This document shows, piece by piece, positions 12,930 through 24,786 of a stretch of DNA of 64,000 bases. Below the pieces are notes generated by a model that saw only the letters and a list, made by a program, of their open reading frames with translations, searched no databases and was not told the origin of the DNA. The stretch covers positions 106,952,001 through 107,016,000 of the forward strand of contig NC_045697.1 in assembly GCF_009834535.1 (NCBI RefSeq), read 5' to 3'. The position numbers were made by a program, and so were the translations under genes. The number at the start of each line of letters is the position of its first letter. Within the stretch, counting starts at the first letter, position 1. The DNA is from Camelus ferus (Eukaryota).

Positions 12930-14439
12930 CTAGTGAGGAAAAAAAGAATCCCAAGTAAGTAACAATAGTAGAATTTTTTTGTTGTTGTTCTTCCTGCCAG
13001 TTAAAACAGAACAGTCCCTTTTAAGAAAAAGAATTTCTAAGAATTGAATAAATAATTATTGAATTAATTTGGAGGGTGACTAAGAAAATAGACTGAAATT
13101 TATGGAAAAGATGCTTAAATGGAAAAAAAAAACAGAACAGAACTATAAAACATCTACTTATAAATATATTTGGGGCTTTTTAAAGCAATGATGTAAAATA
13201 CTGTTTTTCGGGAAATACATATTACATTATTCATTAATTTTTGAGTCACATTAAAGAAGTAAAATTTTAGACAAAACCTTAAAAAGGAGAAAGACCTCAA
13301 AAGATATCCTACAGGCTTATAGATCACTCATAAAATTCAGTTTCATATAAGATGATTATAATGTACCCCTAAATATTTTTACGTACTTTAAAAATACATA
13401 TTTAAGCTCATAACTGAAAAATCACACTTACAAGGTCACTGTTAAGCTAACAGTCGCTCATTTAGGAAGCACAAAGACTGACTGTGTAAGAGGTTAAGTA
13501 TCATTTTGTCAGCTAGGCTAAACACAAACCTGCAAATGAACTCAGCATAATCTCTCTATGGAGTAGGTGGTTGTCAGAGTAACTTGTTACAAGTCTTGTC
13601 ATCCCATGTGACAGACGCAGTGGTTTAGAATGCTTTGCCAACTCAAAGTAATCCTGTCTTTAGTCCTAAGCCACTTTGTTGCTTTGTTATTCAAGTTTTG
13701 TTTTTAAAAAAGTTCATTTCAAAAGCTTAATTAGGAAAGTGTTAAAGGAAAACCAGATATGGAATTTCTCCACATCAATACTTCACATAGTATTAATAAA
13801 AAAATGTATTTGCCATCAAAAACTGATGAAAATCTGTAAAAGAAAATTCAGTTAAACAACTAAGATATATCTCTCAAAAATAACCACCATTAAAAAATAC
13901 AAATAAAAAGACATTTGATTATGATATTGCATTGTTGGGACAAAGATGAGATAAGCAAAGAGAGGAAAAATAATGAATAGAAAGAATTTATCCAACACAA
14001 ATGTTCATATCTATACTGATTTCCATTTTCTAGATCTTAATTGCAAAAAACCTGTATTTCTCAATGTAAAACGCAGGGTTTTGGGAATGAGGGGAAGTGA
14101 GCAACTGTATTTAATTCGCAAAGTATATATATAGATTTTTCTACAGATATTATTCTATCTCTGGCACCACAGGATCTAGAAATGAAAGAATGGGTACAAT
14201 TCTTAGGCTCAGTGTTTTTTGAAAAACAAAACAACTCAAAGTCCCAAACAACTAATCACACTTTCAGCTTTAAAACTGGTGATAGAGAAAATCCTACTAG
14301 CTCTTTCATACAATCAATACCTATGTACGTGAGATCAAGAGGAATTAACAGAAAAAGAGAAGACAAAAAAAATGGGCACTACTCTCAAGACTTTTTTAAA
14401 GCAGAAGTCACCTGAACCCGTCTCTCACACCATAACCAG

Positions 14440-15030
14440 TTTGCCCAAGCTCCAGAGTCTGCCGTAGCCTCCTTCGTGGTCTCTTTCCTTCTATTCTTAC
14501 CTGTAGAGTCTCCTACAACCAGAGTAGCCGAAGAAAATAATTTTTAAAATATAAACCACATCACATCTCTTGTATATTTAATATCATCCAGTGGATCCAT
14601 GTCACATGCAGAATAAACTCTGAAGCTCTTTATAATTGTTTACAAAGCCTGATGAACCCAACTCCTTCTTCCTCAGGGCCCTATACTTGCTTTCATCTCT
14701 GCATGGAATGTTCTTCTCCCAGATCTTCACAGACTTGGCATTCTTACATTCAGATTTCTGCTCAAATGTCTCCTCCTTAGAGAAGCCATAGGATCTAAAC
14801 CCCACCTCCTCTCTTACCACCTCATCCCACCCCAAACTCTTCAGGTTTCCTTCACAATACTTATCAGTACCAGAAATTACAATGTTTCCTTGCTTGTATA
14901 CTGCCTCTTCAGCACTCCAGTACGGGAGCCTAAGTTCTACTAGACCAAAGACTTTGCACACACTTTATTTCCGCCTTCTAGAATAAGGACTGGCACAAAG
15001 TAGGTGTTTTTAAATGATTACATGAACCAA
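14440..15030 (+). mobile_element. L2 3' remnant
   Basis: ttcagatttctgctcaaatgtctcctccttagagaagcc and 3' end tggcacaaagtaggtgtttttaaatga. Confidence 0.75.
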
Positions 15031-15279
15031 CAAATGGCAACTGAAACTCCATATACAATCCAAATTAATTTTGTACAGGCCATATGATATTTTAACAAAA
15101 TTTCAAGTAGTTAAAAGTACTTGGGAAAATGAATCTTTACATAAATGTTCAGATTTATGGTTTCTCAGGAAAAACTGGAGAATCTGCCCACCTAGATCTA
15201 AATGCCACATAGTACCACTGGCGAGCACTCTCTGTTTGGGAACAGTTTCCACTCATTCGCGCATCTGCTATTATCTGCC

Positions 15280-15500
15280 TAGTTTCCATTGGTATTTGAG
15301 TTTGCCGTACTTAACTTTTCAAGTGGCAGAGAACCTAATACATGTTCTGTCCTACTTGCAGTCCAATCTATCCAACTATTAATAAGGGAAGCGAGACTCA
15401 GACAAGTTAAATACTTAATACAAAGTCCCTACGGAAGTTAGTGGCAAAGTCTGTCCTACTTGCAGGGTTTCTAATCCAAAAGTCCAGCCCTAATTTACAT
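15280..15500 (-). mobile_element. MIR fragment
   Basis: gggaagcgagactcagacaagttaaatacttaatacaaagtccctacggaagttagtggca resembles the MIR core. Confidence 0.55.
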
Positions 15501-16114
15501 ACCGCATTGTCACATTTCTAAAAAAAAAAAAAAAAAAAAAAGATTTAAATGTTTGATAAAGTAGAACTCAGCTCATCAGAAATTTCAATCAATTACACTT
15601 GTTTTCCTGTACTGGGGTTTATAAGTGAAAGGGGAAAATCAAATGAAAACAAACAACAAAGGACCTCTTTAGCTCTGTGATATGCTAAGAATATCACACA
15701 TTGGTCTAAAAATTCTACCTTTTATATCTTTAGAGCTATATAATAAGACTTGTTGCTCATAATGGTGATGTCAAACATTTCAACATCATAGTCATGCAAT
15801 TAAAAGATTTAATTACACTCTAGGATATTCCAATTATTAGCAGAAGTCAATATATTTAAACATTATTATGAAATTTTTAATGAACTGAAACAGCTTTCCA
15901 ATTGATCAAAAAATTCAAGTTATATCCCACTTCTTTAAATAGTACAGTTATTTTTAAAACCTACTTGAATACAGCAAGTGGTATGTCCTTTAAAATTTGT
16001 TTTATTACCAATTGTCAAACATATTCATACTACAGGATGTGACATAAGCACCATGCACCCACTACTGAAATTTACAAAATCCTAACACTGTACACTACTG
16101 CACATATTTAAAAA

Positions 16115-16345
16115 ATTAATAAAGCATTACAGATAAAGTTGAAATTCCCATACATAACCTTTCCTGATCCCATTTTCCTGCTTCATCAGAGCCAGTCACT
16201 ATCCTTGTTTTGAGGTTTATCATTCCCAAGGAAGTTTTTATACTATTACTACATACACATCCACAGATAATATCCAGCATTGTGCTACATGTTTTCAAAC
16301 CTGATATAAACGATATCATACTGAAGGCATGGCAGTGTGCTTTCA
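16115..16345 (-). mobile_element. L1ME-type 3' fragment
   Basis: cagagccagtcactatccttgttttgaggtttatcattccc...atataaacgatatcatactg. Confidence 0.55.
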
Positions 16346-16818
16346 AAGTTAAATATAAGCAGATGAAGTAATGTTTTAAAAGTCAAAGAAACAGAAACAG
16401 GAGAGACAGAAAATTATTTAGAATTGTCAAAGGTATCAAAATTTAAAAATCAGACTGACTTAAAAAAATTAACAAATGAAATTCTATACTTACGGTCAAA
16501 ATAACTGGGGTTTAAAATAGAAACAAAGAATCTCGTAAATAACAGAATTACTAGCTGAAATCGATATAATAACATTTCTTTAAAGTATTCATTAGGAAAA
16601 GGTGTCAGTACTGAAAAGCAGCTGAGGCCTAGCTAAGCAAGAGGTTTGTTTCATATTGGAATAGTATATTCCTGGTCGGAGGCTTCACTTCAAAGTCTCT
16701 AGAGTTCAATTAAAACTGGATTAGGTAGAAGCAGACCCTTCTTTGGGACTTTCTGTTCACTGAAACTCTACATACACTGACAGCACCCTAGACAGAGGTC
16801 TAGCCCTCCAATGAATCA

Positions 16819-16832
16819 GTTGCTATGGAAAC
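16819..16832. promoter_or_regulatory. RFX X-box motif GTTGCTATGGAAAC
   Basis: Near-palindromic 14-mer matching the RFX consensus, directly preceded by AP-1-like TGAATCA (16812-16818). Motif only; function not shown. Confidence 0.45.
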
Positions 16833-19800
16833 CGTATCATTACCATTGCTCTGTGTTATGACCCCAAATCTAGAATAGCTTGAAAGCTTAAGCCTACAGC
16901 ACTCTCTTTGAATGTTTAGCACCTTGTTTTAATATTGTTAGTATTATTATTAGTGAATTTAACTTTCATCTTTTAATAATTTGTTTCAACAAAGATAGTT
17001 TGTTAGTTAAATGTTTAGGTAAGGTTGTAGAGAAGAAAAAAGAAATCAGTATATAATATATATGTATACACACATGTAAGTATATATACTGTTTCTTTAC
17101 ATTAAAAGTACCAAGAATATCCTCTTTAAAATTTTTGTCTGAAAGTTGTGACTCTGAAAAAGGATGTATTATTTCCCCCAAATAATACACACATTTCTTT
17201 TTCCTACCCTTCAAATAGTACACTATGAATACATAGGAAAATTTCTTCACTCTGTTGCATTTATTGGCTTGAAAGCAAAACATTTTTCACCTTTAACGAT
17301 TAATTTTGAAAAGCTTATGAATTTATCCAAATAACACTTTTTCTCATCCTCATGAAAGAATAAAACATAGAAACTTACATTATTGTCTAACTGCATGATA
17401 CTCTTACTTACTGAATATTAGGCATGTTCAAAATAGATTTAAATAGTCTCTGAAAATATAGCCATATTTGTCTCAAGAAAAAAGGTTTTGTTTTCAGAAT
17501 CTACCTCAATACATTTAAAACATTTACAAATTCTTTTTAAAAAGGAAGATATTAAAAAGTGATCAAATATTTAACCTCAAAAATAAGAAATATTTACATG
17601 GAAGTCTGCATATATAGGATCAATAAAAGGTGGTTTTAAAAATAGTATTCCCTTATACTTAAAACTAGGATTACATATCTAGTCCAAGTATTCACCAATT
17701 TGGGGAGAGTTTACTTTCAGGTAATTCCATATTGATTTCTGAAGAATTTGATAATAAAAGTAAAATCAGATAATATATATAAACAATACTACTTAAAATT
17801 TCACAACAAAAGCATTTCCCAACTATATGGATATATATTTAACATCAAGAAAAATGTTTTAAACTGAGTATACAAAATATAAACTAGTCGCGCCAACAAT
17901 TAAACAATTATACCACAGGTAGAAGATATTCATATCCCATTATAGTGGAGCATACTTATACATTAGTCACAAGAATGACATTATAGTGTGGGAAAATGGT
18001 AAATGTTTGAAATACATTCAAAATGAAAACGAATGTTGAAAAATATTCTACTATCAACACACCACCAAGTATGTGTGCAATATGTTTTACTTACAATACT
18101 TGCAATTTTAACAAACTAGCTGAAAGTAATTTTAATCAAGCATTTTAAAGTTGTACTATTCTATTACTAATATAGTGTTTGGATTTTGTTGCATATAATT
18201 TTCTCTGACACTTGATTTCAAAGCATAGCACTAAATTTTTTCGAATAATGAATTCCAGTTGGTTTAAGAATTTATTTCATCACCAACTATACAACTTTTA
18301 GTTTCAAGTTTTAAAAGATATATTCTTAAAGTAAAATTTACAAGTCTTTTTTGGATTTAAAAATGGCATATGCTTGACTCTGGTGAAACTTTAAGGGGAT
18401 AATTTTGTTATTAAATATATATCCATGAGCACATAGAATGTTCCCAAACTTGGAAAAGAACAGAACAATTAGAACAAAAATATGAAGGTCATGAATACAA
18501 AAGAAAATTGCCTTTTAAATTAGTTATGAGTTATTTATATTTTTCATCTATATAGTAAATTTCTTCCTTTGTGCACTAATATTATGATGTAGTACAGTAT
18601 TCTCCTTAGCATTTTCATGGTTGACAAACTCAATTAAACATACTCATTACTCTAATGTTCTACCTGGCAGTTTAGTCAGTATGAAAAATAAAAAATATAT
18701 AAATAAAATGCTATGTGACCTCTGTATTGATTGGGCTAAAATGGTTTTAGCCTGGGTGTGGATGATGGGGCAGCTGGGAGGGGCAGGAGGAGAGCACACA
18801 AACACATACACTCCTATGTTTTCTCTTCCAATTACTGAGGGAGATGATAAAACCACAGCAAATGATGTATCAGCTCATTTTATCTTATCGCTTTGGGGCT
18901 AGGTGACAATGAAGTTCATATTTCACTGGCTCCCATTGAAGATTGTGAAAATTACTTGCCCTCATGACCTGAAATTTCACTAGAAGACAGAAATTTCTCT
19001 TCTGCAAAGTAATGCAATTTTTCAGATGTCAACCTTTAGCCCAGCTTTAAAAATTAATTTCATTTATATTAACCAATGATATTGATATTTTCACAGAACG
19101 CTCTTTGATACATGAAGCACTGACTGGCAAATTGATGTTGCTTTAGATGGGTAAAACTATTTTATTTTAAGCTGCTATGTCAGACAGATTTATGGCAAAC
19201 TGAAATTCCCATTTCATAATTTAATATTTGCACTGGAGCACTGCACCTTTAAGCCCTTGGCCTGTGAAAAATTCAGACTCTTCAGTTGGTTCTGTTTTAT
19301 TTTTAATATTCTTTAGCTTAAAAATAATTTGCATTCTAAATAATGTATCACAAAAGCCACCTCTTATTGAACTAACCTTTAATATGTATCTTAATGAGTC
19401 AAAAGCCAAATGTAATAATGAATAAGCAGAACAAAGAAAGTATTTAGCCATCATCCAACTAATTTTTAGTTTTTTTAAATTTAAACTATATCTCCAACCT
19501 GATTTTTTGAAAGAAGAGTCCAAATATACCACAAAAGGACAATAAGAAACAATATTAAAGAACATGAATGTATTTTATTTTATTTTTTGTAGCAGCACAT
19601 AAGGTAAACAGCTAGGCATTCATTTTTCAGAAAAAGAGTAGAATAAACTTAGATGAGTACTTGAATTGAAATAGAGATACTTGGATTCAGAGATATCTTT
19701 TAAAAGAAAAACATAATAAAAATAAAGCCACAATATCAATTTTATCATGAACAAGATGTGAAAGTGTCCCACTGTATTTTAGTATAAGAAATACAGAAAT

Positions 19801-20993
19801 ATTCTTGAATCCGTATAAAAAAGAAAAAATTAAATATTTTGGAATAGTAAATATGTTACTAAAGATATACTGCCTAGTACTTTATCAAGTTTTTACTACC
19901 TTTATCCAGTAAAGAGCTTTGTCTAATTCAAATGCCTTGAGAAAACAACTGTTACACCAATACCCTTCATTTTACTAATAAGGTAACATAAACATGCATA
20001 AATTTATATATTACTTTATGACCTTAAAATTAGAAAAAGGCTGAAAAAGACATTCCCCTAATTTAGCTGTTTTCTCCCCAAAATGGTTCAATACCACTCC
20101 AACTTTCTGTTCCCAAAATCACTTTTGCAATTTTTATGCTAACAACATTCATACTGTTTTTTGTTTAAAAATAAAGTTAATTTCCCTTACATGTATGATA
20201 TAAAGAAATGGTGGTATAAATGATATTTTATGACCTTTTTATTTACATTGGAAAGATTCCTAGTCACTTCTCAAAAACTTGTGAGAATGACATGCTATTG
20301 TCACTGAATTCAAGTTACAAAGTATTCTTGCCTATTATTCTGCATATTGACTCTCTGAAGTCATGAGCTCTCTGTTCCTTAACAAAGAGCTAAATTTAAA
20401 TCAGCACTACTAAAAAATTATCTAATTTTAAATATACTGGAATATTCTGTAACATATACTTTTAAAACAAGCAATGGACACCAACTATCTTTCTTCTCCA
20501 TGCCAATTCTTACTTTATGAACTCAAGCTCAAGCTCAGATTGGTATCAAAAGCCCTCCCCAGACCCATGAACCAAATCTTCAAGTTAAAGTAATATCAGC
20601 CTGAGCTAGACTACTTATCTCTTTGTAGCAGACAAAACATGATCTCGCCATGGGAGGTTTCTCTGGTGACTAAGCTATTTAAACTAATTAAAGAGAAAAC
20701 TTTGTTCATCTTCAAGCAATTTGCTTTTCAAACATAGCAGAGAACAGAAATAAAAAGCTAAAGGAAAAGGAAAAAGTTACATTAGAACTTTATGCTAAGG
20801 GCAGGACACTTTTTTTCCTAATTACAGGGAAATACTTATCCACTTTATTTTTTTAGCTTTCTTATTCCTATTAATTACCCAAATTGCTTAGCTGGAGTCA
20901 GTTATAAAGATCGGCATAGGTTCCTAATTGCTTCTATGATAGAGCATGAAACTAAACACTGTGCTCATATTCAGCTTCGAATATGATCTTCCA

Positions 20994-21136
20994 GGGGGAG
21001 GCTATAGCTCAGAGGTAGAGCACGTGCCTAGCACGCACGAGGTCTCAGGTTCCATCCCCAGTGCCTCCACATAAATAAATAAATAAACAAACACTTAATT
21101 ACTCCAGCCCCAAAATAAAAATTAATTAATTAATCA
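20994..21136 (+). mobile_element. tRNA-derived SINE (Vic-1-like) with TSD
   Basis: gggggaggctatagctcagaggtagagcac...ggttccatcccc with A/B boxes and a (TAAA)n tail. TSD aatatgatcttcca (20980-20993) / aatataatctttca (21137-21150). Confidence 0.9.
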
Positions 21137-21514
21137 AATATAATCTTTCAAAAAGCTATTTTCTTAAAGGACTTTAATGAGAACATTATGAATACAATTT
21201 AAGTAAGACTTGGTGGTTAACCCGATTTCATTGCATAATTCCATAGCACTGCACAGCCTCACTGGACTGGAGTTTCTCCATGACTGGAGTTCTTTGAGGC
21301 TAGACCCTGGTCTCAGTCATCCTTCTATTCACAGTACTTAGCATGGTGCCAGGAACATGGAAGACACTGACTGATGGATGGAGAGCCAGCCTGACCTCAC
21401 AAACTACATACAGTCTAAGAGTCTGAAAGCACATGAACACAAACAGCAAAAAGCAAAAAGGGACAGAAAAAGGAAAACTCCGAAACAGCATTTAAAAAAA
21501 GTCAAATTCAAGGG

Positions 21515-23620
21515 TCAGAGTACTTCAACTTCTAACCAAGATGGAGTAAAAAGGACTGGATTTAACCTTGTACATAAACTTTAAAATAGATATAACATGT
21601 GGGGAAAAAGTTGTTTTTAATCATGAAACACCAAGAAATGAAAGACAGAGATCTCTGAGAGGCAGGAAAACAAAGTGGTGACAACCACTACTGCCCCAGC
21701 TTACTGCCTGAGTAGACTTATTTGCAAGCCCCAGAGCAGGCAGGAGTAACCCAGAGCAGGAAAACCAGCTTTAGTACAAGGAGGTCAAGGGGGCTATAAC
21801 TGCAGGGCAGAGAGGCAGACTGGAGGGCGCTGTAAGGTACCAGAGCTCCTGAGATCTGTGGTCTTCAGTACTGATCAGCCTAAGAAAACAACCTGAGCCA
21901 GCAGAAGAATCATTCCCCTTGAATTACAGGGAACAATACCCAGAGCTCACACAGCCAGAGTGAAAAACAATCTCATAATTCAGCGAGCACTGATTAGAGT
22001 ATTCAGAGCGGTTTTGCCTCAGTAGTGGGGAAAAATTAGCCCTGGGCCAATGGCTGCTGAGGTCCTGCCTAATCCTAACAGCGAGGCCCAAATGGATCCA
22101 TTTATTTCCAAGTTACTTAACTGTATACTAGAATAATGCATTAAAATATTTGTAAGACACAAAAATACCCACCACACAACCAGGTATAAACCACCACAGC
22201 TGGTATTCAATTAAAAACTTACCAGGCCTACAAAAATTCAGGAAAATATGACTCATAATGAGGAGAGAAATTAATCAAATGACACGAATGACAGAATTAT
22301 TTATAAAGGACATCATATTGGACAAAGCAGATTTTAGAGCAAAAATATTAATAGAGATAAAGAAGGTCATTTCATAAATGATAACAGAGCATATATCATC
22401 AAGAGGCCATAAATATTCTAACTGTTTATGAACTGAATAACAGAGCTTTAAAATATATGGAGCAAAAGCTGAGAGAACTGAAACTACAAACAGATTTCAA
22501 CATTTCTCTCTCAAGAACTGATAAAGCAAGTAGATGAAAAAATCAATAAGGGTACAGAATACTTGAAAAAGGCCACCGATCATGACCTAACTGACATTTG
22601 TGGGATATTCCACCCAACAACAGTAGAATAACACTTACAAAGGTAGAGCATACTATGAGACAAAAACCAAGTTGCAATCAATTTAGCAGATTCAAATCAC
22701 AGAAAGTATATTCTCTCACCACAATGGAATTAAATCAGAAATCAATAACAGAAAGACTTTTTCAATTCCCCAAATATGAAAACTAAATAGTATAGTTCTA
22801 TGTAGCCCATGGGTTCAAGAAAAAAAAAATCAGAAGGTATTTTGAATCGAATACAAATGAAAACACAACATAAAAGTTTGTGGAACGCAGCTAAAGTAGT
22901 CCTTAGGAGGAAATTTCTAGCACTAAACACCTATATTAGTGGAAAAGAAAAAAGGCTTCATATCAATAATTCAGGTTCTACCTGAAAAAAAAAAAAAACA
23001 GAGAAAAACTAAGAGCAAATTAAACCCAAAGTAAGCAAGAGAAAAAAAATAAAAATCAAAGTGAAAAATCAATTAAATAAAAGACCAAAAAATAGAGAAA
23101 ACAGAAATCACTGAAACCAAGGACTGCTTATTCAAAATGATCATTAATACATATAAGCCTCTAACTAGACTGATCAGACAAAAAAAGAGAAGATACAAAT
23201 CACCAATATCAGGAATTATCGATATCATGATAGAAAAACGTCACTACAGATTACATAAAGTCACTAAAAGAATAACAAGAGAATATTATGTACAACTTTT
23301 ACCACTAAATTGGACACTTTTTATCAATGGACAGATTTCTTGGAAGACACAAACTACCAAAGTCCCTTTAGGAAGAAACAGGTAACACAAATAACATTAT
23401 TAAATAAATCAATTCATAGTTTAAGTCTTCCCATGAAATAAAACTCTAAGGCCAAATGGCACCACTGGTGAATTCTACAAATATTTAAGAAAGACAAAGT
23501 GCCAATTCTAAGCAAACTCTTTCAGAATATTAAAGAGGAGGGAATACTTGTCAACTCATTCTATGAGGCCAGCATTACCCATATATTACAACCAGACAAA
23601 AGCATTATTAAGACAAGAAA
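21515..23620 (+). mobile_element. Old L1M: 5' region plus degraded ORF2 endonuclease-to-RT fragments
   Basis: ccaagatggagta start; tgtggaacgcagctaaagtagtccttaggaggaaattt; actggtgaattctacaaa; aactcattctatgaggccagcattaccc. Confidence 0.85.
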
Positions 23621-23959
23621 ACCCAAGAGGCAGTCGCCACTTAATATTTACATAATATCTTTGTCTTAAGACATTGTGGATACTCTTATAAAATACATGG
23701 ATTAACTCACATTACCAAGAGACGTTCGCCCACTCCTGCACTTCCACAAATTGTTCCTGAATGTACTCAACTGCCCTGTACATTTCTCAAAAATGTCTAC
23801 ACCAGTTTCCTTTTGTTGTGTATTACAACTTGACTTCCTTTGGATTTTAGTAGGGTGGCTGAATTCTCAGCCTTCTCATTTTACAGTGATTTCATCCATA
23901 ACCACTGCTTCTAATACCAAACCACACAGGGGTGCAAGAATCTAGTGATAAGACATTAG

Positions 23960-24430
23960 AGGTGATGAATGATCTCTACTTGGAGATGTCAGATTTGGAC
24001 TCAAATCCAATCACTTACTAGATACCTTCAACACAATGTCCTCCAAATTCTCAAATTCAACATACCCAGAAATGAACTCATTACTGTCCCCTCAAGAGCT
24101 GCCACTAGTCCATTAGAGACTACTTTGCTGAAGGGAGTCATAACCACAGACAGAAACCCAAATCACCCTGAATCCTACATATCATTTCTTTTGACTTCAC
24201 TCACCTCTCAATCAAGAAGTTCAATAGATTCCATCTCCCTACCAACACCTACATCCCTCTGCTCTTGGTCATGTATACTGAAATCTCCTTTAGAACAACT
24301 CCCCATCTTATGTGAATATTTTCATAGGCATAGCTCATGTTCCCACCATGTCACACAACATACACTCCTTCGACCATGCTATGCTGTCTCATGCTTGCAT
24401 GCTTTCCAGGGCACTGGCCTTCCTATTTGG
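23960..24430 (+). mobile_element. L2 remnant
   Basis: tctctacttggagatgtc...ctcaaattcaacatacccagaaatgaactcat resembles L2. Confidence 0.55.
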
Positions 24431-24519
24431 AAAGTAAACTCTTAATGAGTTTGACAGAGGAGGTGGTAGCAGTGGTTGTATCAGAGTAGTAGTAGACAGT
24501 AATACCAAGAAATACAATT

Positions 24520-24735
24520 TAATTAAAGCTCATTATATGCCAGGATCTACACTAAGTACTTCATTTCAATTAATTCTTAAAACGGTACTAAGAAATAGAT
24601 GTCATTTTCACCATTTTATAAATTACAAAACAATCTTTGAGAGTTAGATGACTTGGTCAAAATCATTTAACTAGTAAGTGGTGCAGCCACATCTACTAGA
24701 CGTCTAACACTGTGCTCTAAGCCACTACATAATAC
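24520..24735 (-). mobile_element. MIR
   Basis: ccattttataaattac...gagagttagatgacttggtcaaaatcatttaactagtaagtgg. Confidence 0.65.
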
Positions 24736-24786
24736 TTCCTCCATGGTGAAACTCTCATCCTTAAAGTCCAAGCAAAGGGCTTGTAA

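Noticed and set aside
14494..14515. CAG|GTAAG recursive-site look-alike on the minus strand
   Set aside because: No pyrimidine tract upstream, and it lies inside an L2 remnant.
20994..21075. tRNA-Ala gene (also at about 8680-8751 and 60005-60080)
   Set aside because: Diverged stems, AT-rich tails and TSDs indicate SINEs rather than tRNA genes.
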